Shown here: positions 40,472 to 54,440 of the stretch, piece by piece | Position numbering within the stretch: the stretch's first letter is position 1 | How the letters are laid out: each line of letters starts with the position of its first letter | Assembly: GCA_951406725.2 (NCBI GenBank) | Contig: OX597821.1 | Span: forward strand, 75,702,001 to 75,766,000 | DNA: 64,000 nucleotides | From: Octopus vulgaris | Lineage: Eukaryota | Reading direction: 5' to 3' | Program-made: the position numbers and the translations under genes | Notes under the pieces: generated by a model | Database searches by the model: none | The model's input: the letters and a program-made list of their open reading frames with translations, nothing else | What the model was told of the DNA's origin: nothing

Positions 40472-41051
40472 GTAACAGGGTATTTTGTTTAAAATTACGT
40501 GACACGAACGAAAGCTTTTAAAATGCCGTCCTTGAAATCTGCCGTAATAGACAGAGCTATCTTGCGTCAAATGTATCGTGTTTACAATGCCAATTATTCA
40601 CCCTGTGTGTATAAGTGCGAATGAAAAGATTAAATGATGTCGGGTGTAGAGACACCAAACAAAAAAGAAAAAAACCTGAAAGGTGAGTGCCACATATACG
40701 ATCATCTCTAGCATTACGATGTGTATGTATTTCTTAACTATTCAACCTTTTAGATATAGCAGTTGAATTACCTCAAATCATAGCCTAAGATTTGAAGAAA
40801 AGAATGGATGGTTTCGTCGGGATTAGAACGTCATTTATCAAAGGTATGCTTAACAGGGATGTGAGAAAGGTGTGATTCTTTTTTGGTATGCTTTGAGAAA
40901 AACTTCTCTGCTATTTTTAGCAAGTCACATAGACTTTGGTATGATTCGACAGGACTTGTAAAAGTAGAAATTACAACTATTTGTTTTGCATGTGTGACAA
41001 TGGTTGTGTGTATTTGTAGGTTGTGTTATTTCCACTTATATCTGTAACAAT

Positions 41052-41092
<41 letters not shown>

Positions 41093-41247
41093 AAGTGTGT
41101 GTGTGTGTAACTGCGCGACGAACGGGAACGTAAAACTCTGAGTAGCAGTTTTTGTGATATTTTTGCAGTCTTAACAAAAATGCATATTACTCTACCTTCG
41201 GTATTCGAGTACTATTTTGTCCACCTTGTTTTGAATTTATGTGCTTA

Positions 41248-41296
<49 letters not shown>

Positions 41297-43326
41297 CATG
41301 CATATATGTATGCATGTATGTATGTATGTATGTATGTATGTATGTATGTATGTATGTATGCATGTATGTATGTATGTAGGTATGTATGTATGTATGTATG
41401 TATGTATGTATGTATGTATGTATATGTGTATGTGTGTGTTCAGGAATTTAAAAAGTATATCTATTTTTGTATATTTGGCGCTGAATGGAGATTAGCCATT
41501 TTTTTTTAACCTATAATAGACTTGATAATGTTTAAATAATAGGCTTAATCTCTCGTGTTGAAAGCTAAAAATCGAGAGCTGATTTTTTTTTTAACCACAA
41601 TAGAAAATCTGAAGTGGTATACGAAAATGCGTATCTAAGCCCACAGTTGGTAACACTTTTAGCAAAACTATTTAATTGACAATGCGTCAGTTCGTCAAAA
41701 TGTAAATAAACGTGGTATGTGTAAATCAATGATAAGCTGTAGGAGTATAGTATAGTTATCGAGGTGAGATTGGCTGAAGAAAATGGGAAGATTTTTTTAC
41801 TTTAGCATGGTCACGTCACTACGCACTGGAAGCATGGATTCATTTGTGCAACATACCCCATAACATCGTTTGTTAATTCCCATCAAAGCAACTTTTTTTT
41901 CTGTTATTCATTCTTACTGTAGGTGTACACAGGATGTCTCATGCCACAATAGGAAACCAACGCAAGTGAAGCAAAGCGTCGGTTTTTTTAATCTCATGCA
42001 TTATTCCATATCATTCTTCTTCTATAGTTATATGTGTAGGTCTAGCGAAGATTCAAATAATGCTATGTTCATAAAATGATGCATTGCTTAGAGTGATGCC
42101 GTGCATCAGTTATACAAAATTTTGCTGATTTTGATTCTGTGGAGGGTAGATAAAATTCTTGAGGATAGACGTTAGATATTATTCCGTACAAAATCTTATG
42201 CTCCTTAAGAACGATGTTTGGCATCAGTATTTGAGCGACTGGATTTACCGTCATCCTTAAAGTTACATCACTTTTATTCTTTCTTCAAATCCTATTACTG
42301 TGAGGCAAAAAAGAAATATATATGTACTGGATTCGATTTCGTTGTCTTTGCACCTATTCGAAATCTTTTTGGTTATGATGTCTTGCAAACAACTTGCACA
42401 TGCAAGTGCTACCAGTCAAAAACTCCGCATACCGGAAGCCAGCAAGTGTATGGGGTCATCAGGAGAGAATGCGCGCCGTTTCGGGGCCTACCTCTCAACG
42501 GCATCAATGCGCTCCTGCCTCCCCCACACTGATATGAGGCTCCGCTTGCTAGATCAACTGGTTATCAAATAAAACTCAATATTCTTCTAGCCATCGTTCA
42601 TCGTCTCTTTTTAACCAAATCCAGTGGCTAGATATCCAAACTACCGATATCCACTGTAGTTTGGATATCGGTCAACAAATATAAGAACTCATTTTGAATT
42701 AGAAGTGAAGGTAGAGGAACAGAAGCAGTACAGAGATGATTTGAAGGACTTTATGAATTTCATTTCGTAACTCTAAGCTTTTTGGGTAATACAATAGGTT
42801 GTCTGTCTCAAAAATAAACAGTTGGTCCTTGAGTGCCTTCAGCAGATATCAGTCTGTTTAGTATTTATTCTTAGTCTCCGTTCTAGAGTAAGCCAATAAG
42901 CCGGGATTTCTTTCCCCCCTTTACCAGTCTTACAGGTCTTCCAAAAAATCTTGGATGCTACCCATCCTTCTCTTAGTCATGAAAAAGGGTTCGAATTTGC
43001 CGTTCAGCCTTCCACAAGCTATAAATATCAGATATATGCTAAAATCTTACCATTGCAAGGAATAATTGTCTATTGAGAAACGTAAAGACAAATTTGAAGA
43101 AAACACATTTGAAGATATCTTTTTTTTTTTTCATTTTTCTCCAATCTCGAAACTTGATGCAAATCAGTTTGTTCGCTTAGAAAGTGGCGGGTTTGAAAGT
43201 TGGTAAAACGAAGAAGGTTTTATTTTGTTTTCTAAATGAATGAAACATAACTTTTATACGTGTATAAACATAAACAAACATTTGCTTTTTAAGCGTTGAA
43301 AATGTGTATTGTACGATACAAATAAA

Positions 43327-43509
43327 ATAATTCTTTTCGGACGGAGAAATGCCGATAGAGCAGCAGATATATTGGGTAAATAAACCTTATAAAGCGGGAA
43401 AATTTGTCAACAGTGATGGCTGTTTGTTGACGAATTGTTTCACTTTGTAAAGGTAATTTACCCAATATTTCTGCTGTTCTAACGGCGTTTTTGCATTCGA
43501 ATAAATTAT
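43327..43509. repeat. Imperfect palindrome with ~80-bp arms (hairpin MITE-like)
   Basis: GCAGCAGATATATTGGGTAAAT...TTTGTCAACA pairs with TGTTGACGAA...ATTTACCCAATATTTCTGCTGT; centre ~43418. Confidence 0.8.
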
Positions 43510-43852
43510 GTTTTACAGGATCACTGGAGCGTAACTAAAGTTCAAGCTTACATTTACATGTCAGAAACAAATTTGCCAGGTAAGGCATATGTGTTGTAAA
43601 CCACAAAACCAAGAACACTGAATCCAATACAAGATACATGACATAGAATTTTGTGCATTTATTTTGAGACTTTCGATGATTGAGAGAATATGGAAACGGA
43701 CATCTACCTATGAATCTGACACTATATATAGATCCATGCCCTCGTTACAATACAGTGCTCATAACTTAGATTCTTCATTTTCGAAATTTTCGAAATTGTC
43801 TAACTCGCTTTGTTCATATTATGTAGTGAAGCATGTCAGTAGTATCAATATT

Positions 43853-43980
43853 CTTTTCTACTCTAGGAACAAGGCCCGAAATTTTGGAGGCGGGGCCCAC
43901 AGGATTAGATCGACCCAAGTACGCATCTGGTACTTAATTTATGGACCCCGAAATGATGAAAGGTAAAGTCGACCTCGGAA
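43853..43980 (-). mobile_element. 5'-truncated group M SINE (core-X) with 17-bp TSD
   Basis: TSD TCAGTAGTATCAATATT at 43836-43852 and 43981-43997. Confidence 0.88.
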
Positions 43981-44619
43981 TCAGTAGTATCAATATTGAA
44001 AAATAGATGAATATTTCTTGAACCACATTTTAAAGTTATCTCTACAGATTTGCTATGGAATTTAGAGCCAGCACCGAAAGTTACGATGTTTCATACACGA
44101 ATACGTCCATGTAAAGAATGCAATCGAAGATAGAAAAATAGGTAATGGGCTTGTGTGCATATTTCAGGTGTTTTGACTCATTCTTCAGCACCACATGGAA
44201 CCCATTACGAACACATTAAATAGGGATGACCTTAAAAACTGACTGAATCGTTCTGCAAACACAACAGGACACAATATTAACTTATAAAGCCCTTAACATA
44301 CTTTGTACAATAGTATGGTTGCATAACGAAACACAGAGTCCCTACCACCAATTAATATTTCTCGAATGTTCCATGCTGTATTCAAGTGTGCTTATTCGCT
44401 CATTTGAATCACTTCATGAGACACGGGTCTTTCTCTGAGCATGCGCATCAATACGATGGGATTGATCCTACCATCAACACACTCTTAGATCTTATTGTTT
44501 TGATCTGGTAGAAAATGGAGTCCGGCAATAAAAAGATAATGAATGTTTCTATACATCCCTATGTTTTACCAACAATTGCATTTATTTATGAAACGGTTCT
44601 TAGAACTAAGATATATCTC

Positions 44620-45215
44620 TCTTTACTCTCTTTGTACTCTTATACTTGTTTCAGTCATTTGACTGTGGCCATGCTGGAGCCAGGCCTTTAGTCAAGCAAA
44701 TCGACCCCATGACTTATTCTTTGTAAGCCTGGTACTTATTCTATCGGTCTCTTTTGCCGAACCGCTAAATTACGGGGACGAAAACACACCAACATCGGTT
44801 GTCAAGCGATGTTGGGAGGACATACGAAGACACACAAGCACACACACACATACATACATACATACATACATACATACATACATACATACATACATACATA
44901 CATACATACATACATACATACATACATACATACATACATACATACATACATACATACATACATACATACATACATACATACATACATACATACATACATA
45001 CATACATACATACATACATACATACATACATACATACATACATACATACATACGACGGGCTCCTTTCAGTTTCCGTCTACCAAATCCACTCACAAGGCTT
45101 TGGTCGGCCCGAGGCTATAGTAGAAGACACTTGCCCAAGTTGCCACACAGTGGGATTGAACTCAGAACCATGTGGTTCGTAAGCAAGATACTTACCACAC
45201 AGCCACTCCTACACC
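44620..45215 (-). mobile_element. CORE-like SINE (group C), full length, internal (TACA)n of ~200 bp
   Basis: Aligns with 26141-26646 and 33747-34180. Confidence 0.92.
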
Positions 45216-47020
45216 TATCTCGGCGTTAATAATACGGGGTAAGTACTACTAACCGTTCGGGTAACTGTTTTACATATTATAGACATCTTGGGATCCCGTT
45301 TGCCATTCTATAACATTTATTCCCAAATATAATTTATTAAATACGAATTGCGATATTGTGATTTGTACACGTACCAGTATATATTTGTGTGTGTGTGTGT
45401 GGGGGGGTGATATATGATATATGAATTTACAGACAATGTTATCTCGTTGAATGTGATAAGGAATAAAAATTATTAAATTCTTAAACTGACGAGAATAGAT
45501 AATAAATCTATGGTGAGCGTAAAATATAAAAAAAAAGTTTATTCTTTCAAGTCCGTATTGCTATCTTGATCTATGATAATAATGATAATGGAAATATCGG
45601 TTTAATAATAACTTGATGCTAATAAGTTTAACCAATACGTTAAAATAGACTGGACTCAAATACGAAGGCATGGCTTTTCTAGGTTTGTTACTTCGAGTTG
45701 TGCGCTTCAGTTGATTAAGCAAGTTGAAACATTGTTGCAGAATGTGGTCAAAGTTATGAGATATGCAATACTGATTTGATAACTACATCAACACAGCCTG
45801 GTAGAAAGTAAAATTAAGGACACTTGTATCATGGTGGATTAAAAAAACGTAACAATAGATTTAAGAACAACATTCGGCAGAAACTTTAACATGCTTTGAA
45901 ATCGACAGACAAGACACTGTGGGGCGCATAGATGCATGTGAAGGAACATCGTATGTTGATTAGATTGTTAAGTGCAAAATTGACATTGACAAACATTTAT
46001 ATTTCAGTTGTTTTCTTAATGAAAGGTAGGATGGAAGGAAAGAAGAGGTACACAGGAAGAATAATCATGCCATTAAAGAAAACGGCAAAGGAATACAATA
46101 ACTGTGTCTGCACATACATACAAAACACACACACGCACTAATTCACACACTAACATACACATATACACACGAACACACAGTGTGTCAATCTAATACAGGA
46201 TCGTGCACACATGTCCAAACCTTATTTTGAGGTCATAGTCTAGTACGACGCCCAGTTATTCTGCCACAGATATTCACACAAGCGCAAAACAAATCCAACG
46301 ACACTAATACACATTCACATGCTTACTTATCTTTACACACACACACATACATATGCACACACACACACATATGCACACACACACACATATGCACACACAC
46401 ACACATATGCACACACACACACACACATATGCACACACACACACACACGCGCATACGCATGTAAGCATACATACTTGCGTAAACTTTGTTTAGCATGCTT
46501 TAATGAATTTTCCTGTGGATCTCGCAGTTTCTGCAACGAGCAAAATATCTCGAGGCATTGATAGTCACATGACATTCGGTATCTGTCGTGTGTACAGAGG
46601 CCGAAGCCGATGCATCAGAGCTGAAAGCTGATAGTCGTCTACTCTGCACTGCGTAACTAACATCTTAGTGTCTCTTTCACATTGCTATGGGCAATTGCTG
46701 GTGTGTTTATCAATTTTTACAAGTCACTTTTCATGTAACTCATTTTGTTATTGTCTTCTTTGTATAATTAACAACATTCCAGCAGAAACACTTCTTTTTT
46801 TTATTTTTATTTTTCCCTTGTAGTTTGCACTACAGTATTCCACATTTCTCAAAAAATATTCTTGATATCGCATCTAACACTTCGTTTGATTTAGGTTCTG
46901 AATTTTTTTTTTAATTCTTAATTCTCTGTTCAACTTTAGTGATTTGGTTACTTAAACTTATGTAAAATAGATTAAATCCCGAAATATCAGAGATTTGGAA
47001 ATTTCGAAAAATACCTTAGG

Positions 47021-47145
47021 AATGAGAACCCAGATTCGAAAGTTCTCCAGGACACCTGAAGGCGGCAGAGATTATATAAGCCGAAACGTTGCGTTAACAA
47101 CAAACACGATGAGGACAAATATCCATCAAATGTAAATAATGTAAA
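47021..47145 (+). mobile_element. ~130-bp hammerhead-bearing repeat (family H1), degenerate copy
   Basis: ATACCTTAGGAATGAGAACCCAG...GACAC-CTGAAGG...GCC-GAAACGTT-GCGTT...ATGTAAATAATGTAA; homologous to 53531-53675 and 60708-60836. Confidence 0.8.
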
Positions 47146-49392
47146 AGTGAAATTCATGGGGGAGAAAAGCTGTAGATTGTGTTGTTGCTGCTGTTATTAA
47201 TGATATTTTTGTATTTGTTTTGTTTCTTTCGTACGTTTCACCGTATTTGTGAGTTTTGTATTTTTATTGTTGGGGACCTTATACTCACGTCATACTTTAT
47301 TGACTTTTGTGAGTGACAAAATTTTTCTACTTCCACACCGACTTCAAAACAACTTTCCATCTCTTTAACAATTTCTGTTTATGTATCAGTAGGGCGTCGT
47401 ACCTCTGTAGGTTCTTGAATCACTTCTTGCACCGCGATCAGCGCGACTTCTCTATTCTCATTTTCTCATCATCTCCTACAACTCTTGCAGTTACTTTTCT
47501 CCAATCGTCATTGCTTCTCTTATGGGTATTGCTGCTTCGACGTTGACCGAGCAGGGGCCCACTTGAAAGTTGTGCTAATAATTGGTCAGTAGTTTACGAC
47601 CGTTTTCTCACCGAAATAGTGTGATGGTACTGAGTTAATTTTATTTTCCTCATCATTGATGTTGTTGTTGCTATGTTTTGATGTTGCATCGTATCTGGTT
47701 AGAGATCGCTATGAGAAATACATGGGTTTCGCAGGAAATAATCGCTTATGCCCGGTTGTATATTTTAAGGTCGATGTAAGCATTCACCACCCCTGGTGAC
47801 TTTCGATGGTGAGTTTAAATCATTTCTAAGTGAAATTAGCAATCCCACTCCAAACTTCGTCCTAGTTCCCATCCCCTAGGTACCCCCAGAGAATCATAGC
47901 TCTCAAGTAAAATAACTAGATTCCCGCTCCAATGTCAGATGACGGTCTAATTAAATTTAATCCTCCAAATGCGACAACTGCAAGTCCGCTTATCTAATAC
48001 TTATTCTTACTTCGACCTCTCACCCATTCATTATGATAACGACTAGCTTGCTTTCTTTGGTATTAGAAAATCTGTCGATGACATCGATAGATACATAGAT
48101 ATGATAAGAGAGATGTTTAGACGCTATTTCTAGCTATTTGCAGGCTTGCTCCTTGGTGCGATAAACGTCAGATAATATGCTGCGCTCGTTTCTCTACTTC
48201 GTACATTTATATTCGTCTGTTTACATTCAGAATGGACGTGAAACGTGCAGCTGCCACGCTCTGTGATAGCGAGAGTAATCTTAGCGATAGGTAGTTATGA
48301 GATTACCTTACATCCTTCTAGGTTCAGTTTTCTCTAGTAATCGATTTTGGTTCTATAAATTCTGAACTGACAAAATAAGTACCAGTAATAAGATGATTTT
48401 GATTCAGTGAGAAATACAACATCCTTTGTAAAAGTTGGTGCTGGGACAAGTCAAACGAAATCAATATCTCTTTCTCTCTCAGCACCATTTTGATTCTCTC
48501 CTCTAATTTTTGCTCCTCAATTTAGACTCCCAACCATTACAACAATTCTCCTAATTTGGCTTCTATTTTAGCGTTTATTTCGCTTTTTTGTTACGAATTT
48601 TTTCATCATCGTCTACAAATTTATCATTTTATAGACTTATTCTTCTTGATAGTTCGCGTAATTTGACCGATTATCTTCGAAATCAGTCTAAGATAAATAA
48701 ATGAGAAGCAATGGAAGCTTCTATTCTTCTAATTTCCCCGTCATTCCGACCAATTTGAGAATTTGCGGGGAGGAATTAATGCTATTTATCGGTCTGCTTG
48801 CTGCTATTTTAAATGTGACAACCGCTGTGACACAACCAAACCTGTTTCACGTTCACTCTTCCACTCCAAACCCTCCTCCACCGTCTCTTTGTTGTTTCCT
48901 TCGAATTTCGCCTCTTTTAGCCGTTCGCTTCCTTCTTGCTTTCGTTCAATTACAAACATTATTTCACAATCTCACTAACTCACCATTAAGCAATAATCAC
49001 ACCAACTCGGAGTTGCTCCCTAACTCATTAATTCGTTGACGCCTAACCACTTGGTCAGCCATTCTAAAATTACCCAGTAACTTATACACAAATCTTACTC
49101 AATGTCTGTGTTGACTGAATATCTTCAATTAGGTTTCCCTCCATTAAACTGTTTATTCAGTTAATTTTTACATACATTTCACTCTATTTCTTTCTCTTTC
49201 ACTGAACGGCTGAGAGGAGATGAAGAACACCAACACACATAACAACTTCATCATGAAGATGATCTATCAGTCTGTCATTCTCTCTGCCTCAACCCCTCTC
49301 ACTATTTCTCTGTTTCATAACCTTCTTCTTCCTAAGGGATGGCTGCTTTAAATGTCTTGCCTAAAACATGGCTCAAAGTTAATAATGATGAA

Positions 49393-49629
49393 GAAGGCGG
49401 CGAGCTGGCAGAAACGTTAGCACACCGGGCGAAATGCTTCGCTGTATTTCGTCTGCTGTTACGTTCTGAGTTCAAATTTCGCCGAGATCAACTTTGCCTT
49501 TCATCCTTTCGGGGTCGATAAATTAAGTACCAATTACGCACTAGGGTCGATATAATCGACTTAATCCGTGTGTCCGTCTTTGTTTGTCCTCTCTGTCTTT
49601 AGCCCCTTGTGGGTAGTAAAGAAATAGGT
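49393..49629 (+). mobile_element. Group M SINE head-core-Y with 12-bp TSD
   Basis: TSD AATAATGATGAA at 49381 and 49630; ends GTAAAGAAATAGGT. Confidence 0.9.
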
Positions 49630-52549
49630 AATAATGATGAATGATCTCATAACCCTTCACCTTTATAGACCACTGCTACTCACTGTTGTCCTTTTATACT
49701 CAAATAGTTTCCAAAAGTGAAAAACACCATTGAGTATGAAGTAAGAGTTTTGAATATTTCACAACATGCAATCAGTTCTCAGTGCACAATATTTCTCTTT
49801 TGCAACGAACTCTCAATTCTCTGATTCTCTGTGCGCTAAAATCTTATTTTGTACCATTAGTTCACCTGTTGTCAAAGTATTTGTGCAATTTACGTAAATA
49901 TAACGGAGTTAATCCTTTGTGCAAAGCTGTACGAATGCACGAGGCACTAATGTTTGTGCCAACTACAGGAATATAGAAATATATATATAAGAGTTAAACT
50001 TTAATCGCTACATATTCACATATGTTTCTCTGTAAAAAAATAAAAGTTATCAACCATCGTGGAAATATTATTCTAGAATAGAAATTTGTGGAATAAAATA
50101 GAGCAGTTATTTCATAAAATTAGGAGGCATTCTTTTAAAAATTTAATAAAGAGCAGGCAGAAAAGAAGAAAAAAGTTGAAAAGTAGAAAAAGGGAAGAAA
50201 GAGCCAAAGAAGCCCTTCCAATAACTCTTGTCAATTAATCGTCATTTGTCGTTTTCTAGTCAAGTCAATAGATAGTGTGGGTGCGTGATAAACGAGACAT
50301 TGTTAACTTGAGGCAGTGGATGTTATAGCTCATTGCGCACGAAATTTTTGAGCACTTTTATACATCGAAAGTACTGTATTTATATAATATGTATATGCGC
50401 ATATGTTTATGTACATGCACACACACACGCAAACGTATACATACATACACACGCACACACACGTATATATATATATATATATACTTACATACATACATAG
50501 ATACATACACACACTCAGATACACACATACATACATAGAAACATAGATAGATAAATAGATAGATTGATAGATAGATATATAGATAGATAGAGTAAACGTT
50601 ACACTATGCTTCAGTGAAAAAGTTTAATTGCACCGAAACATGTCAGCAATTGTCTCTCTATGTCTAAACATTAACATTTTTTTCTACTAATCTTCTATAT
50701 TTAATTTCAATCAAGATTAGTAATTTAGTTAATAATTATTCTGAGTACTAATTAATGAAATTTTCTTACTACATCAACTATACTAGCACCCATTATATTA
50801 TTACGTTTTCCTACATCCGGCTCTTGTGACTACTTTCTCGCGGTTGTTCTTATATATATTTTATGCACACAAGCAAACTAAGAGAGATATATCATTTTAG
50901 AAGTTTAAGTTGGTATATGCATCCATATGCTCCTTTTCTCACTTTCTCTCTATCTTTCACATTATTTCTCAATTTCTTGCACTTTCTTTCATTCACACAA
51001 TCTCTCTGTTTTCACGTCTCTCTTGCATTTGTCTAGTTCTCTATTTATGTCAGTTTAAGTGATTTGATATCAGGGACATTTTAGCCTCCAATAAATGAAA
51101 TGACACTGTATCTGCAACATTCAAGCTGCGTTAGAATAGTTGTATAAATAGACAATATGTTCCCAGAGAGCTTTACAGGAACATCAATCATGCCAATAAC
51201 AACTGTTTATAGTCGTTGTGGCTCACTTTGTTGTTATTTAAGTTGTTATCCTAAAATACGCGAGTAGAATCTGCAGTAAGATAATGCGATTAGATTAGCA
51301 AAAATCGACGCAAGGCCAGTTTTATGAAACCTTTATCAATTGGCTAACAAATATAAAAATTAGTTGAATAAGATGGTATCAAATTTCGAAAGAGCTTAGG
51401 CCATCCATTTAATAGTTGCACTTATTTTTGAGCCAATGCCATTGTTGCCACCTTGTTGTCTGACATAGACTTCTGCCAACGCTCTTTTACGTTCCTCTGG
51501 CTATCTCGACGACTACAATTATCTTACACAGAAATTTTTATGCTTTTTCCGAGCTTTTAAAACGTTATATCTTTTAGATAATCACTTGTATATTTTTGAC
51601 CATCGTTCCATCGCGAACATAATCTTTTCTCCATATACAAGGGTGTTGGTGAGACATTGGCGGTTTATAGTTTCCAGACAGACTTATACTAAGAGGTTTC
51701 GATATTACACTATTTTATCAGGTAGAAGATGTACCAAAGTTTCGACTTTATTTATTTGATATTAACCATTCTCAGATACTTCAAATACCAGAGACGCCTT
51801 TGAGACGGCAGATAAGAAGTGGAAAACGACGAAGAATGACATCAACGTTAAACAGATTTGTTTTCTCTGAATTCGGTTGTAATTCAGCATCGTTGTGGTA
51901 GGTTAGCTATTGGTTTTCTTGTATGATTGTTGCTCACAGCCATATTTCATAACACTGAAGTGGTGAAGTTAAAGTGGAATGCTGATTTTAGATTTGTTTG
52001 TGAGAGAACACCCTGCAGTGGTTTCCTTTTTACCTTCTAAATAATAATATTTCTAACTTAATTGCAGTAGAACCAGCCTAAAACTAGAAGGCACTTGGAA
52101 ACTTCAACCATAATATTACGGAGCAATGAACACGCGGATCGCATCTAATCGTGTAGATGTGCGTGATCAAAGCTAACAGAGATAATCCTCAACGATTATT
52201 ACCAATTAACCACCGAATTAACTAGCGAATTAACCAACCGACCAATTAACCAGCGAATGACCCTCTGTATGGTCTCTAGAACTGTTAGAAATAACAGCTA
52301 AATATCTTTCAAATTAAGTCCTACCATAATAATAAAAAGGAAGGCACATCGTAAGATGTAAATTTTAGTGATATTATATTTGAATATATAAGGCGTGATG
52401 TTTATGGGTGGAATGTGATCAACGACGCCATCGGGGATGATCTGTGGGGGAAAACGACACCAATACAATATTTGTACCTCATCACACGGTAATGCAAGGC
52501 TACAGGAGCTCACCGTATTTTTATGATTATTTCTCTTATCCGTTCACAC

Positions 52550-52873
52550 GTACACACACACACACACACACGCACACGAACATACACACACGCACATACA
52601 CACACACACACAAACGCACATACACAGACGCACGCACACGCGTGCGCACACACACTCGTGTACACACATGCATGCGCACACACACGCAGGCATGCACGCG
52701 CGCACACAAACAGACATACACAAGCACACGCACACACGTACACACACACGAACACGCACACATACTCACAAATACACACACAGACACACAAGCACGCGCG
52801 TGCGCATGCACACACGCACTCACGCACACACACACACACGCATACGAACAGATGTACGCACGCGCGCACACAA

Positions 52874-52922
<49 letters not shown>
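52550..52922. repeat. Degenerate (CA/CG)n purine-pyrimidine alternating tract
   Basis: Seen directly. Confidence 0.9.
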
Positions 52923-53530
52923 AATCAAACTTACAACCCTGCATAAAGCTACCACACAATACCACAGCACAAACAGCTCTCATCTATTTCTATTCCATTC
53001 TGCTGCGGACTTCTTGAATATTGAAACAAAAGTTCCGCAATCCATCTTCAGTCTGGCTTCCAGGGTCTGATCTCTTCAAATACGTTTCGAGATTCGCTCA
53101 ACAATTTTTGACAGTCAAGTTTGTCTTCAACGTTTCATTATTTTGAATTGCATTTTGTTCGGTCCATTCTCTTCTGTCTTTCAAGTGCATTATTCTCACG
53201 AACGAACGCTTATCGCCCTCAGCTAGATATGAACACTGAAATCTTTGTAGGGAACAATGGCATTTATTGAAACTAATCACAGAGATATATTCTATGACAA
53301 GATAATCCACCTAAAGACGAGTGCACAGGGATCTAATAAAACGCATGAAACAAATCAAAAACCAACAACAAAACAAAACATTATAGTGTGAACATTTCAA
53401 TTGTTTTTTCTTAATGCTAATGGTTATTGAAGACATTTACTCGTAAGTGTCAGAAATAATATTGGTATTGAATTAAGGAGTCTCTACATTAAAGCGTTAC
53501 ATATTGGAAAACTGAAAAATTAATACATTA

Positions 53531-53760
53531 CTTACATTATTTACATTATTTACATTTGACGGATATTTGTCCTCACCTTGTTTATTATTAACACAACGTT
53601 TCGGCTGATATACCCTCCAGCCTTCATCAGGTGTCTTGGGGGAAATTTCGAACCTGGGTTCTCATTGCTAAGGTATGAAGGCTGGAGGGGATACCAGCTG
53701 GAAACGTTGTGTTAAAACAAACTAGATGACGACAAATATCCATCGAATGTAAATAATGTA
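53531..53760. mobile_element. Family H1 element (minus, 53531-53675) fused to an inverted 5'-truncated copy (plus, 53675-53760)
   Basis: Both arms share AAGGCTGGAGGG...GAAACGTTGTGTTAA...GACAAATATCC...ATGTAAATAATGTA, pointing outward. Confidence 0.85.
53590..53635 (-). ncRNA. Minimal type I hammerhead ribozyme motif (best H1 copy)
   Basis: Minus strand GACAC-CTGATGA-A-GGCTG(GAGGGTATAT)CAGCC-GAAA-C-GTT-GTGTT: canonical core, 5-bp stems I and II, palindromic AACGTT replacing stem III, GUU triplet. Confidence 0.8.
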
Positions 53761-53869
53761 AAATATATATAAATAATGTAATTAATTTTCTCATCTCTTA
53801 AATATAGAGCTGAAAAATTAATGTTAGAATACTATAGATTGTTTCTTCGGTCTTTATCGAACGCAGAAG

Positions 53870-54440
53870 TAAGATCGTGTATGGGGTCAGGCGTCGTTGT
53901 AGCGCGTTGCTGTATCCTCCGTTTGTAGTGAATTTGCTTAGATTACCTCGGGTAACATTCTGAGCAGTGTCCCGACCATTTCCCATCTCCGAGTGATGCG
54001 TCTTTATCCGCCCTGTCCATGCGGTATGTGGGCAACCAACACAAGCCGTCACTCCAGAAAGATCCCCAGAAAGGAGTACGATACGCAGGAGTCAAGTCGG
54101 AGTACCGAGCAACGTGGTCAAACTGTCTGAGCTGACGCTCCGGCATCAAACGAGTAACAGGGGTCATCTTAGTTTCTGACTGTAGTTGTTGGTTGAATGC
54201 AAACTCGACAACTGCTTCCGCATGCGAAAGTATTTTTAAGACTTGAGACTTGCAGCCCAGTCTGCTATGCATCTCATTGCCGTGATAAGTGAAGTAGCCA
54301 GCTACTTTGACATTCTCATCCGAGACAGACAATATGAAGTCCCCCAGGAAGCCAGCGAAAACTGGATATGTGTCTTAACCAAAGAAACTCTAAGGCCACT
54401 TCCTCGTTTAGTGAAAGAAAGCATTCCTTAAACATCCATA
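53870..54440 (-). pseudogene. RTE-like LINE ORF C-terminal relic
   Basis: Minus frame ENVKVAGYFTYHG...VTRLMPERQLRQFDHVAR resembles the RTE motifs V..FTYLGS and RRL.WFGHV.R; heavily degenerate. Confidence 0.55.

Noticed and set aside
44152-44195. Minus-strand GTG-CTGAAGA-A...GAAATATG-CAC
   Set aside because: Stem II does not pair and the triplet ends in G; at best a decayed copy.
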